64,000 nucleotides of DNA. It comes from Balanoglossus misakiensis (taxonomy: Eukaryota > Animalia > Hemichordata). The first letter of the stretch is position 1; each line of letters opens with the position of its first letter. Made by a program: the position numbers and the translations under genes. The notes under the pieces were generated by a model. That model had not been told where the DNA came from, ran no database searches, and saw only the letters and a list, made by a program, of their open reading frames with translations. Location of the stretch: positions 18,370,728 to 18,434,727 of the forward strand of contig CM082578.2 in the NCBI GenBank assembly GCA_040954595.2, in the 5' to 3' direction. Positions 1-11,700 of this stretch are shown here, one piece after another.

Positions 1-1940
1 TCTAATTACATTTTAAGCCGGTTATGAAATGCGCCGTGATGTTGTTGAATTGGAGGTATCCAGTGCCTTGGAAACGTGAGATTTGATCACGAGTTCCCGG
101 CGGTGCTTTTCAATGGTCACGTATAATGATAGAAAATCCAACGCATTTGGCCACTGATTTGCACTTTCTGCTCTCTTTGTGTTTGGCTTAAGATATCATC
201 GCCAGACGGGGATTATGCCCGCTCATGGTAAAAACAAACTATCTTTAAGACAGCGAAAGATGGAATATCTTTCAGGCAGTTCCTATTTTGTAAACACCTG
301 TCTCTCAGTAGTATTTTACCCGAAGAACAGTCATGACCTTTATAGAATCAAAGATCGTCAGGTACTCAGCAGATTTCTAGAGTTCTACCCACGTGACATG
401 AAATGTTTGCTCCTTACATCATGAACTGAGTTAAGCTTCACCGACTTGACGCAGCTCGAACTTAACTGAACCGGAATGAGCTAAACTGATTGACAGTATT
501 GGTTGCATGGGTTATGCAAATGATGGCTGCAAGGCCTGTTCACCCAAAGAGTACACGCACATCCCGGTAAGGGCAGGGCCAATGGGTGACTTTGAATCAT
601 CACCTGTCAATCATCCCCACCCATTGCAAATGCACGGACACATAAACATGTCAGTCAACGTACTGATACAAGCACCAAGTATAGACTGACTATACCAAGT
701 ACGAATGCACCTTATTCGCTTCAAAGAAGACGTGCGATTTCACGAAAACAAGCATAAGCTTAACATACTTCAGTTGGTGAATTTTGATCGCAGAATCGAT
801 TTTGTTTCTAGACACAAATGTATCATTTTTCATTTTGTCACGTAAAAACGTTTAGAAGTCGCCCTTACCCTCGCCCAAGCAAACTATGAAGAAGGGGATT
901 TTGATTTTATGCAAATCAGTTGTGACACATTTTGGCCACTTTATGTCACCGCTGTTGTGATCATTGATGGAAAGGATCGCTCGCAAGTTGAGCATGAATT
1001 GTTGTTATTTGGGTTCAGTTTAATGGTCGGAGACACATTGTTAAAATCTCATCAATTTCAGGTATGCACATCAATTAACTATTCCATTTAGACTATGCAT
1101 TCATCGTAGGAAAGCACTCTAAAACATCAATTTTACGGGGAGGCCCCTCGATAAACGATACATTCTGCCTATTTATTCATCTAGCGCCATTATCGTTGGC
1201 GGGAAATGGAAATTATCGCACTTTCATATTATTTGTATGGTTCTACTACTCGATTTGAACGAAAGAAACACATTTAGCTTTCAAGTTTCCATGTGAAGTA
1301 TTGTTTATAAGTGCAGTCGTTATCACTCAATAATTCGTCTCGGAGGTGAATCAATTTTATTGAACACCTACGCTTTTAAGTCAGCGCTTATCTTACAAGA
1401 TGTTCTACTTCTTAGAGGCTTGGAGCCATTGGGAGATGTGTTGCAGAGAATAACAAACTGGAATTCCTGGCTATGCTTTGATTTATTAAGTTTTGGATTT
1501 CACGTACAGCTGTACGAACTGATAAAAGGTGTATGCACAGTGAAAAGATCACCATTTCCGTAATAGTTTTCAAACCAGTTTCCGAATCTTAAATGTCGAT
1601 TTGGTTTTCATCTTTTATCGCAACATTTTATTTACTGCAGCCGTTATGCATGAAAATAATCAAATCATTTTATATGAAGTTAGCTTCGTTTCTATCATCT
1701 CCAAACACTTCACTTACAATCTGAAAGTTTAGTATTGTTAAAATTCTTGTTCTAATTTATCAATGAATAATTTTAAAGTCCCATCACTGGCCTTTGGGGT
1801 GTTTTCTTCAACTGATCGAAAGCTGTTTTGATTGAGTATCTCTGGATAATAACTCGGAGCTTCATCAAATCCGACATTATGATAATCATGACGATCTGCC
1901 CGTCATATTGCATCATGACGTCATATAACATGTTGGCCTA

Positions 1941-2030
1941 TACTGTAATACGGGAAATTTTCGCGAACTTCGCGAGAGCCAAAAACACACAACAATAAAT
2001 AGCCGCGAAAGAACAATGTGTACAATAGAA
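1941..2030. repeat. Degenerate fragment of a TACTGTA...TTTTCGCG-type MITE
   Basis: Starts tactgtaatacgggaaattttcgcgaacttcgcga, with internal cgcgaa motifs; no intact right end. Confidence 0.35.
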
Positions 2031-3149
2031 TGTTATTCAGAGATACATGCGAAAACAAAGGTGAATGCGTATGTTTCAGATATTACACATTTTGTGTGTT
2101 TGTTACAAAAGGAAACGGCGAATCAACATGTAATCTGCTGTAAGACATACATGTAAGCAACTTTTAAGCTTCCTCGTTGAAAACGCTACTAATTGGGGAG
2201 GACACGAACCAATAATTATACACGAATTTCCCTTAGACACGACTTTCTTCCGAGATCAACTATAAATACACTCCAGCAATTTGGCGGTGCTTAAACTGAA
2301 AGAAAACAAGAATTCTCGAGGTGAACCCAACTGCGATAATGAGAGCCGTGATGTTAAATAAAGACAATTTCCAGCCTCTAATGACTTGTTATCTGCTGTT
2401 TGCGTGCACACAAACGTCACAGTGATAACACCAAACGATAAAGAAGTGGACACTACTAATCACCCGTAAAGATAAGAAGCCCTCTCTGAACAAAACTGCT
2501 GGTTTGTCATGGTAACTAATGACGCATACTTGGTCATTTGTAACACTTTAGAGTGACATGTATGCCTATTTACGGTGGTCGTCCGCACCACTGACAAAAA
2601 TGAAAGGCAAACTGGTGTTGGCTTTTGTTTCAGGCATCGTGTAAGATTGAAGATACATCTCTGTCACCCATTCAACTTCAAATTGAAGAGTGACGATCGT
2701 ATATATCCCTTCATAGTCCCGACCATGATTGTCTCGACAGTGGCCCTGGGAGACTGATCATGCTCAAATTGCCCTCTAAATTTTCCGCCATTTGATCTAG
2801 CATTTTCACTGATGAAGCTTCATATATTAATAGAAAACATTTTAAACATGCAAACTATAGTCGCTATAGTCACATGCTTCTTCTTGTTGCCTTAAAAGCT
2901 GGTGAACTCTTTCCGTTCACGGCCTCGCGTTTCAAAGATCGAGGTCAGGATTAACATTTAACAAAATGCTGAGCAGATTTAAATTACAGTAGAGTTCAAC
3001 ATTACCCCGAGTGTTGCTATTTGTAGGAAGGAGTAATCCGTTTGAACCCACTTTAGCTAGTACATCTTTTTACTTTAATAGCAAAAATAAGAGCTTGTTC
3101 TGCAGGTACTGAGGTGCTACCGATCACCTTGTCGAGGGGCTTATTCTTT

Positions 3150-4330
3150 CTCTGTAACCTATTTAAGTGTATAAGGGGCGGTTCAGTTGATTTTAAAGGA
3201 GGGGCGGTAGTTCGTAGTCGTACGGAATTTTCCTAATGGGTGCCTCTTTCGCTATTTTGGGACAATTTGGCGAGAAATCCGGGTGGAAAGATCGAATGAA
3301 AGTCAGGCGTGGCAATGAACTGGTTTATGTGACAGAAGTGTACATTATTACTTAGACTAGCCCACTAGTCGCTTGGCGATTTTTAAATCTCAGTACTTTT
3401 TGTGTTTTCGGTGGTTTTTTGTCTTAATAAATAATTGCAATACTTTTTGCGTGCATGCTTGACGCCAAAAAATGCTTAGAGATTCAATCGTTGATCCTAG
3501 AACCGTGCTGTGGTGAGCTGTACGATTATTTTTGGACTCCCAGCGGAAAACTTTGAATTTGCATGACCAAACATTATGATAATTAAGTCATTGGTATGCC
3601 AAACAGGAGAAACATCATGCGTGATCCATGGTCATGACCTTTTTGTCAGTGTAGACACAGTAGAGGGACTGTGGTTTCGCTGTTTCGTTGTTTCGCAAAG
3701 TATAACTAGCCGCTATGTCGCCATGGTGATGACCTGAATGAGGGCGACCTTGCAGATTCACTACAATATGTTAGATCTCGTCTTACTTCGCGAGATTCGA
3801 TCCGTCCAGGACGAGACCCACAAATTTTATTTGCCTGCGCAGACACATGCGCACATTGTGGAATACACGTGTTATCGTGAACCTCATGCAAAGGAAGTAC
3901 TTTTAGGTAAGTTTCATCAGAAAACCATCAGCAGGAATATCGGTGATATAGTGATGTGAACATTTTCATGTTCTTCTGTTGGTCTGAGAATCAAACGAAA
4001 TTCACCTGGAAAAGATTAGTCAAAGTTAATACACTCATTTCCTGGTACGTATGGCTTATTGGCAGTTACGTTCATAATTTCGCCGGCTGGATGATGGGCT
4101 GGATTGTTTTCAGAGCATATAGGCACACAGTCGCTTGAAAGCTGTGTTGTGTTCACACGGCGATCATGGGTATGATCATGATGGAGCACTTACGAGCTTG
4201 AAGGTTCCATCAATGGTACTCGGCCACCATGGTTAGCCGAATGCAAATAGACCATCTTATCTGGTGTCGGTGCATATGTATCCGTTGATTCCGTTTTCCA
4301 TGCCACTGCCAGTACGCTGTGTTGGTTGAG
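3150..4330 (+). promoter_or_regulatory. CpG-rich promoter region of IARS1
   Basis: Locally high CpG density. TTCGCGAGA (TCTCGCGAGA-like) at about 3788, paired TGCGCA (NRF1-like) at about 3836-3853, and GTTTCATCA (C/EBP-ATF site) at 3911. Confidence 0.55.
3780..3906 (+). other. IARS1: Probable non-coding first (5'UTR) exon of IARS1; start approximate
   Basis: The first coding exon opens at an acceptor (ttcag|, 5596), so an upstream exon is needed. A strong donor TAG|GTAAGT sits at 3906/3907 inside the CpG-rich region. Confidence 0.55.
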
Positions 4331-4902
4331 GATTTTCATTTTGCATTATGGGATGTACTTGCTGATGACATGAGTTTGACTGCATTGGTCTTTTGGAAAT
4401 GATTGCATCATGTATGCCCTCAAATGTATTAGAAGGCAAGGAGGTGTTATTGATAACAATGCATATTTATTGATCATGCTCCAATCCATAAATTCTTGCA
4501 TAAGGTCACCTTCCTCACCATCTGCAACAACATGATAGAGTTCATGACCATTCTTGATATCAGTACTGTTGCAATGTTGGAATCCAAGTGTGAAAGAAAT
4601 AATTAAATGTTAAGTCAAATTTAATAATTGAATTCATGCATTTGACTTTCCTGTTGGTGGGAGCCCCATAGATAGTAGATACTATTAGTAGATATTGCAT
4701 ATGTTACATACTCAAAGAAATAAAAATATACAATGTATGTTGTCATTTCCTTTAATATGACATAAACAACTTATGTAGTTTTTATGATGTCAAAGCTTGT
4801 TGGACATGTTTGGGAGTTGTTTTGAATTTGCTTAAAAGTTACATAATTCTCTGTGTGGATCTTACATTATCAAATTTTATGAACGTGTAAATGATATTTA
4901 AA

Positions 4903-5521
4903 TAATAACACATGTTAGCGAGGGCAATATCATGATCTTTGACCTGCACGAGGGATGGTGATCTCTGACCATAACATTGATGATGCCCTCACCTGCGGCT
5001 CGGGCATCATCAATATTATGGTCAGATCACCAGCCGGAGGGCAGGCCAAAGATCATGATATTGCCCGAGCATGACATGTGTTATTAATTTTATTATAGGG
5101 ATAAACTGTGTTAACGCCATCTTGAAAATTTGCAGTGCATTATGGGTCAATTGTCTGAGTGCATACTTTGCGGTATTTTCGTAATAACCTTATTATTATA
5201 CATCTTACATCTCCGTTAGTTCTTGTTTTGCATGTTACTTGGCTTTCAAAACGCCCAAAATGCCGATACAATCGATCGAAAACCGCTCAGTTGACTCAGT
5301 GAGCAGCCATCTTTCTTTTTTGTTTACGTGTGCGCATGCACGTGCGTTGGAGTGGGGGGTGTCTTGAAACCGTCCGCATAGCAGCGCATACCTGTACACG
5401 GTGAGTTGGGGGCGCCTTGAAACTAAAGGCTTATTTAACGCGCGTTCCGTACGTACCGTTCCGTACGGCTTTTTATTGCACGCCAAAATCTATTGTTCTC
5501 GGCACTAGATGTATAATAATA
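4903..5521 (+). mobile_element. Non-autonomous palindromic element (palindrome plus IR-bounded segment), copy A, in IARS1 intron 1
   Basis: 184-bp imperfect palindrome 4903-5086; perfect 15-bp inverted repeats 5191-5205 and 5507-5521. Confidence 0.75.
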
Positions 5522-5613
5522 CACTCTTATGACATTGAATAATGCAGATCCTTGTGTAAGTTAAAAGTTCACAGACATCATATAAATTCACTTCAGACTG
5601 GGCAAGGATCACC

Positions 5614-5732
5614 ATGGTTCAGCCGGTACCAGAACATGTCAGCTTCCCCAAGGAGGAAGAGAAGATCATTGGGTTGTGGAATGAGTTGGACGTTTTCAGG
5701 ACAAGTCTGAAACAATCCAAAGGAAAACCAAG
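5614..5732 (+). CDS. IARS1: IARS1 coding exon 1 (MVQPVPEH...KGKPR)
   Basis: Acceptor ttcag at 5596, accATGg start context, donor AG|gtacag; 119 nt. Confidence 0.93.
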
Positions 5733-8700
5733 GTACAGACATTGAAAAAAATTGTGAAGTGTTTGTACATGTAGGGGCCCAAAACATTCATTGTTAACTG
5801 TTCCTCAACACTGCAAGTACAATGTAACAGTGTCTCATCTAAAAAGATCCCAGTAGGGATTGCATCATGTTTTCCAAGAAGGGAAATCATTTAGGGGAGG
5901 GTTGAAATGCCTTTATAAGAAATAAAAAGGCTGCTATAACATTGTGCCTTGAATCCAAAGTGTGACATTCGAGAAGTGAAGCAGTTGCGTGTTCATTGGT
6001 TCAGTTATGGTTACAAGTGTCAATATTGGACCCATGTTTAACTTTCCAATGATAAGTTAACAAGGACTTTGCTGAAAGATGGTGTCTGCATCTCACAGCA
6101 TATTGACTGCCTTCATGTGTGATGGTCAACTCTTTATCCTCTTTATCACTTTGTCAGTCAATTAAACACATGCAGTTTTGGTTGGGTTTTTTTCAATGTA
6201 GGTACACATTTTATGACGGTCCACCATTTGCCACGGGTCTGCCTCACTATGGCCACATCCTGGCAGGCACCATCAAAGATACTGTGACGCGATATGCACA
6301 TCAGAATGGCTTTCACGTAGAAAGAAGATTTGGCTGGGATTGCCATGGCTTGCCAGTGGTAAGTCATTGTGAAATCTGAACACCGCTTAAGAATGTTGTT
6401 GACAGGTCAATCCCAAAATGACTAAGCAACAACTTGGCATACCCATCTCAAAAGAGGGTCGTTTTACCATGTTTACAGTATATTGAACACATAATGCAGG
6501 CAGAGTGAATTCACAATCATAATCTTGTAGCCCTACATGTTACCTCAGTGTTTACACCAAAGACCAATTAAGTTACTTCTTTTGTTATGAAGATTAGCCA
6601 CCACACTATCATAAATTTCTAGGGAGAACACTATCTATCTAGTCCATACTCACAAATCTTGATTGTACATTTATATCTGACTTTCAAGCTGCCAGCAATG
6701 TTCCATTTCAGGAGTACGAAATTGACAAGACCCTTGGTATCTCAGGCCCTGATGACGTTGCTAAGATGGGCATCGATAAGTACAATGCAGAATGTAGGAA
6801 GATTGTTATGAGGTACTCTAAGGAATGGCAGGTAAAGTCACTACTGTTTTTTTAATAAACAATACCTCTGGTGTACTAGAGGGAGGAAATTACATACAGT
6901 TGTATGTTTTACTAAATCATGAAGACATGGTGTTCTGCATTGCATACATACATGTATGTTGCAGAAAATGTCACATTTGCACAATTTGTCAAGCCATGTC
7001 ACTCCTGTTAAAGGGGCGTCTGTTGTGCATAACTGACCTTTTGTTTCCCAATAAAGAGTTTCCTGCATAAACAAAAAGTCTATAGAAATGCCAACAAATG
7101 TGGGCCTTAAAATATTGAAAGGGAAATCAATGACCTAATGGTATAGTAGACTTTTCTACGTAAAGTCTTCTCTAAAAAGTTTAGAATTTTTGGACTACTA
7201 TTGATACCATCTTCTTTTTCAACCACTTTTTGTTGTTTTCAGTATGTTGTGACAAGACTTGGAAGGTGGATTGACTTTGACAATGATTACAAGACACTGT
7301 ACCCCTGGTTTATGGAATCCATCTGGTGGGTGTTCAGACAACTATTTGACAAGGGACTTGTATACAGGGGATTTAAGGTGAGCATCCCAAGTCACGATCA
7401 GTCAGCAACTTGGGATGAACAAATCCTTTTTTCATATACATGTAAATAGTCCCAGGCTATGAGCCAATAGCTGATGAGTAGCTCTGCATTAGTTTTCACT
7501 AGTCCATTGTTGATAATGAAACCTTCAAAGCCTGATTTTAATTCTGAATGTATAAGATGAATGGGCCAATTTCTGAGTCAGGTTTAAGAAGAAGTGAATT
7601 ATGTACAGAAACTTCCATCACCTTATGCTCAGCAAGGAAACTCAGAATCATCGTGTATTGTGAAACCGATCAATATTGATGACATTTGCAGGTGATGCCG
7701 TACTCCACAGCTTGCCACACGCCTCTCTCCAATTTTGAATCGGGACAAAACTACAAGGATGTAGTTGATCCTGCAGGTGGGTGGATGTGATGTTTGTATG
7801 TGATGCCTTTCTTGATTTGATTGGTGAAAAATTGAAATTCAGTTTATGAAAAACACGATCACAAATATGAAAATTAACCTTATTGTGGTGGTGAAAAAAA
7901 TGAAAACGCTTGAATCACTCTGGAATTTTAATGTGAAAGTTGAAAATATGTATGAGCAAAAATATATTTGCACTTTTTTGCTGATTTGTGATAGATGTTC
8001 TTTTTTTCTTAGTGATTGTGAATTTCCCACTGGATGAGAATCCAGACATCTCTCTGATTGCATGGACCACCACACCATGGACGCTGCCCAGTAACATGGG
8101 CCTTTGTGTCAATCCCACTATGGATTACGTCAAAATCGAGCACAAATCTGATGGAAAGGTGTACATCTTGATGGAGGCAAGGCTGTCGGCCCTCTTCAAG
8201 AAGGAGGATGAATATGCCATCTTGGAAAGGTGAGTGGATGTGTACACGGAACAGCTTTGTCAGTCAAGGGGAGGCTGTTGCCAACACTGCATTCAGATGG
8301 CGTGGATGAGAAAGTTTTCTTGGCACAGTTTTGACAGCAATATACTTTACTTTTGTTTGAAAGAAATATGTGGGCACCATACCATACCACAGATGATGTC
8401 GGTAAACATAATTAAGTGTTACACATTTTACATTCAAGACAATTAGTAGTTTCTTCTCGTCCGTATATTTACAGGTTCAAAGGTGAAACACTAAAGGGCA
8501 AAGGGTACAAACCATTGTTTGAATATTTTGGCCTGGTAAGTTTCTCATGTACATAAGGTGGAATTTAGAATACAAATGGACAGCAACTGCGTCATCATGA
8601 ATAAGAAACACAGAAATGTATGTTATTCTTATTCACCTAGAGATGTACCTTAGTTACTATTAAACTGCAATCACTGAACACTTCATAATGGGATGTTAAT

Positions 8701-11700
8701 GTTTATGCAATACTGTGACTTTTGGTGGTCAATCATGTGCAGCTGAAATCCCCAAACTAAAACCGCTTTTGTTATTCACTGTGTCTATTTCATTTCAGTA
8801 CAAGGGAAAAGGTGGATTTGTCGTGGTGACTGACACCTATGTGACAGATGACACTGGTACTGGTGTCGTACACCAAGCCCCATTCTTTGGTGCCGTAAGT
8901 ACCTGTCAGTTTTTCTTCGTGTTGAATTTCTATCAGGGTACTAACCATGCTGGCATTAAAAATGAATGTCTTTTTAATATCCTGCTTTTGTTTTGATTGT
9001 AAAGCCAAATTATCTTAAATAAATTAATGCTTTGGAATTCAAAATGACTACCAGCATCTGTGATTAAGTTGGACAAAAATTCTCAGATTGAATTATGAAG
9101 ATATACACTGTCATGTTTCATTTGAAAGAGATCTTGAAAATTCTTGATAATTTCGTTTATGTATATTGTTTTCAATTCTTCGTATGTTGTATCTTGTAGG
9201 ATGATTATCGTGTGTGCATTGAACATGGTGTAATCAATAAAGAACAAATCATTTGTCCTCTTGATGACTGTGGCTGTTTTACTGATCAAGTGACAGACTT
9301 CGCTGGCCAATATGTTAAGGTATGTACGACTACGTACTGAGTGCAATGCTGTGTTGTCTTGAAAATTGCCCATGAAAATGTTGACTGCGATGTAATTCTT
9401 AGCCATGATGTATCTTTTGCCGTGAACTAATATTTTGCAATGTAAATGTGTGTGTTGAGTTAGGAACATGATGTACCTAGTTAGTAGAAACCTACTCTCA
9501 CAAGACACATTTTTGAAGCACAAAATGAAACAACCTGATTTAGGTGAAATGTGATTTGTGGCATAATGTAAAGTCTTTCAGCTGCTTTATTCTGTCGGCA
9601 TTCACCTTTCTTGGCATAGTCACACTTTTCACTCAACTTTTTGTTGCCATGGCAATTTTGTCGCAAACGGCTGAAAGCATCCCAATTACAGTTTCCTTCC
9701 CCCCCACCCCCAGGATGCTGACAAACACATCATTAAGTGGCTGAAGCAACATGGTCGCCTGGTGGACCAGAGCACATTCAAACATAGCTATCCATTTTGC
9801 TGGAGGTCGGAAACGCCACTGATTTACATGGGGATTCCCAGCTGGTTTGTCAGAGTGGAAGAGTTAGTAAATAATCTGCTTGACAACAACCAACAGACAT
9901 ACTGGTGAGTTTTCGCAGATGAGGTTTTCAGCTGACTGATAGGTATTTACAAACATGTTACCAACCTCTGATCATGGCTGTGTATTAAATATGCATTAAA
10001 TAATAAACATGTGTGGCACCTGTTTATTCAGCTGCCCATTGCAAGAGTATAATGTGAGTAGTAGTAACTCCACAAATTCAAAATGGGGCTTTAAGTACTG
10101 AAGTTGGAAAATAACTCTGCAACCGAACTGAAAACTTGGAAGTAGAACAAGCAATCTGACAGTAATCAGAATCAGACGAAAATATCAGACGAAAATATTT
10201 AAATAAAGTTTGGATTGATTCCACGCTTACAGCTTCACAAAATTCTTATGACACAACAAGAAAGAAAATCATCTGTTTGTAAATGTCAGAAATTTTCCCA
10301 GTGTACTCTCTCTGTAACCATACCCTAAACTGCTGTTCCTAGGGTACCAGAATTTGTGAAAGAGAAGAGATTTGCTAACTGGTTGAGAGATGCTCACGAC
10401 TGGGCCATCTCTCGAAATCGTTACTGGGGCACTCCCATACCGCTTTGGGTGAGCGAAGACTTGGAAGAGGTGGTGTGTGTCGGCTCCATTGACGAGTTGG
10501 AACAGCTGACAGGCGTAAGAGTCAAGGACTTGCACAGAGAAAAGTAAGCATTTCTTTTTTCTTTTCCTTTTTGCAAAGTTAAAAAAAATGTTCACGCTGC
10601 AAAAGTGTGGCTTGGATGCTATGCTATGTGTTAACCCACTACATAATGTTTTTGACAGTCTGATGTTTGCCTTTTCACCACCATGGTTTAGGCTTAACCC
10701 ATTGGTTGGACCTCTTTAGCAGGAACTGGGGGTGAAAGGGTTAATCATGAGTGTTCTGAATGCATTGCAAACTCCTATGTGATTTCCTTATTTCAGCATT
10801 GACCCCTTGACTATCCCATCCAAACGACCGGGACAACCACCATTGAAGAGAGTACCAGAAGTGTTTGATTGCTGGTTTGAAAGTGGCAGGTAGGTTAGAA
10901 ACAACTAATGTGATACGGACAAGATTTGTGAAAGCAAAAGAAATTTTCATGTAGAATATGAGGGCGCTTTTCATCTTGGATGAACATTGTGTTTTTGGAT
11001 GTGCATCACTATAACCCCACTCCTGCTTTGCAGTATGCCATACGCCCAACAACACTACCCTTTTGAAAACAGACGTGACTTCGAAGACAACTTCCCGGCT
11101 GACTTCATTGCTGAGGGCATCGATCAGACGAGAGGATGGTGAGTTATTTTGTGAGAAGTGCTTTGAAGAATTCACACTGTTTTTGCCATTCCCATGAGTT
11201 TAGTGTTAGTCGATACCCTTGGATACCTTGAATTTCACCTTTTAGTTTTTCACTGTATAAGGAAATGTCAGTCTTTTGCTGTCAATTTATATAGTTGTCA
11301 ATTTATATAGTACGTATTATCTTGGCAGGTTTTACACTTTATTGGTGTTGTCCACTGCCTTGTTTGGCAAACCGCCATTCAAAAACCTGATTGCCAATGG
11401 TTTGGTGTTGGCGTCAGATGGAACCAAGATGAGCAAGAGGAAGAAGAACTACCCTGACCCCATGGAAGTTGTGAATAAATACGGAGCTGATGCACTCAGG
11501 TAGGTTGCACATCCCCTGGTCCATCTTGATGTGTTTTGTGGTGTGTGTCTGTTTTAGTAGCATGTTCTGAACATGGTCCTGCTGTCCACATGTTGAAGTC
11601 TCCGCTGCATGGATCTGAGATTTAGCCCCAATGTTTTTTTATTTGTTGTTTGCAGATTGTATTTGATCAACTCGCCAGTTGTCAGAGCAGAGAGTTTGAG

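Noticed and set aside
869-995. Minus-strand 42-codon open frame ending at GAGG|gtaagg (possible divergent-gene exon)
   Set aside because: Peptide not recognisable and no partner exon could be found
3907-5596. SNORA84-like H/ACA RNA (human IARS1 hosts SNORA84, from memory)
   Set aside because: No recognisable similarity or H/ACA layout by eye; needs an Rfam scan
8234-8340. Intronic hairpin resembling an H/ACA arm
   Set aside because: No ANANNA H box after the stem and no convincing second hairpin
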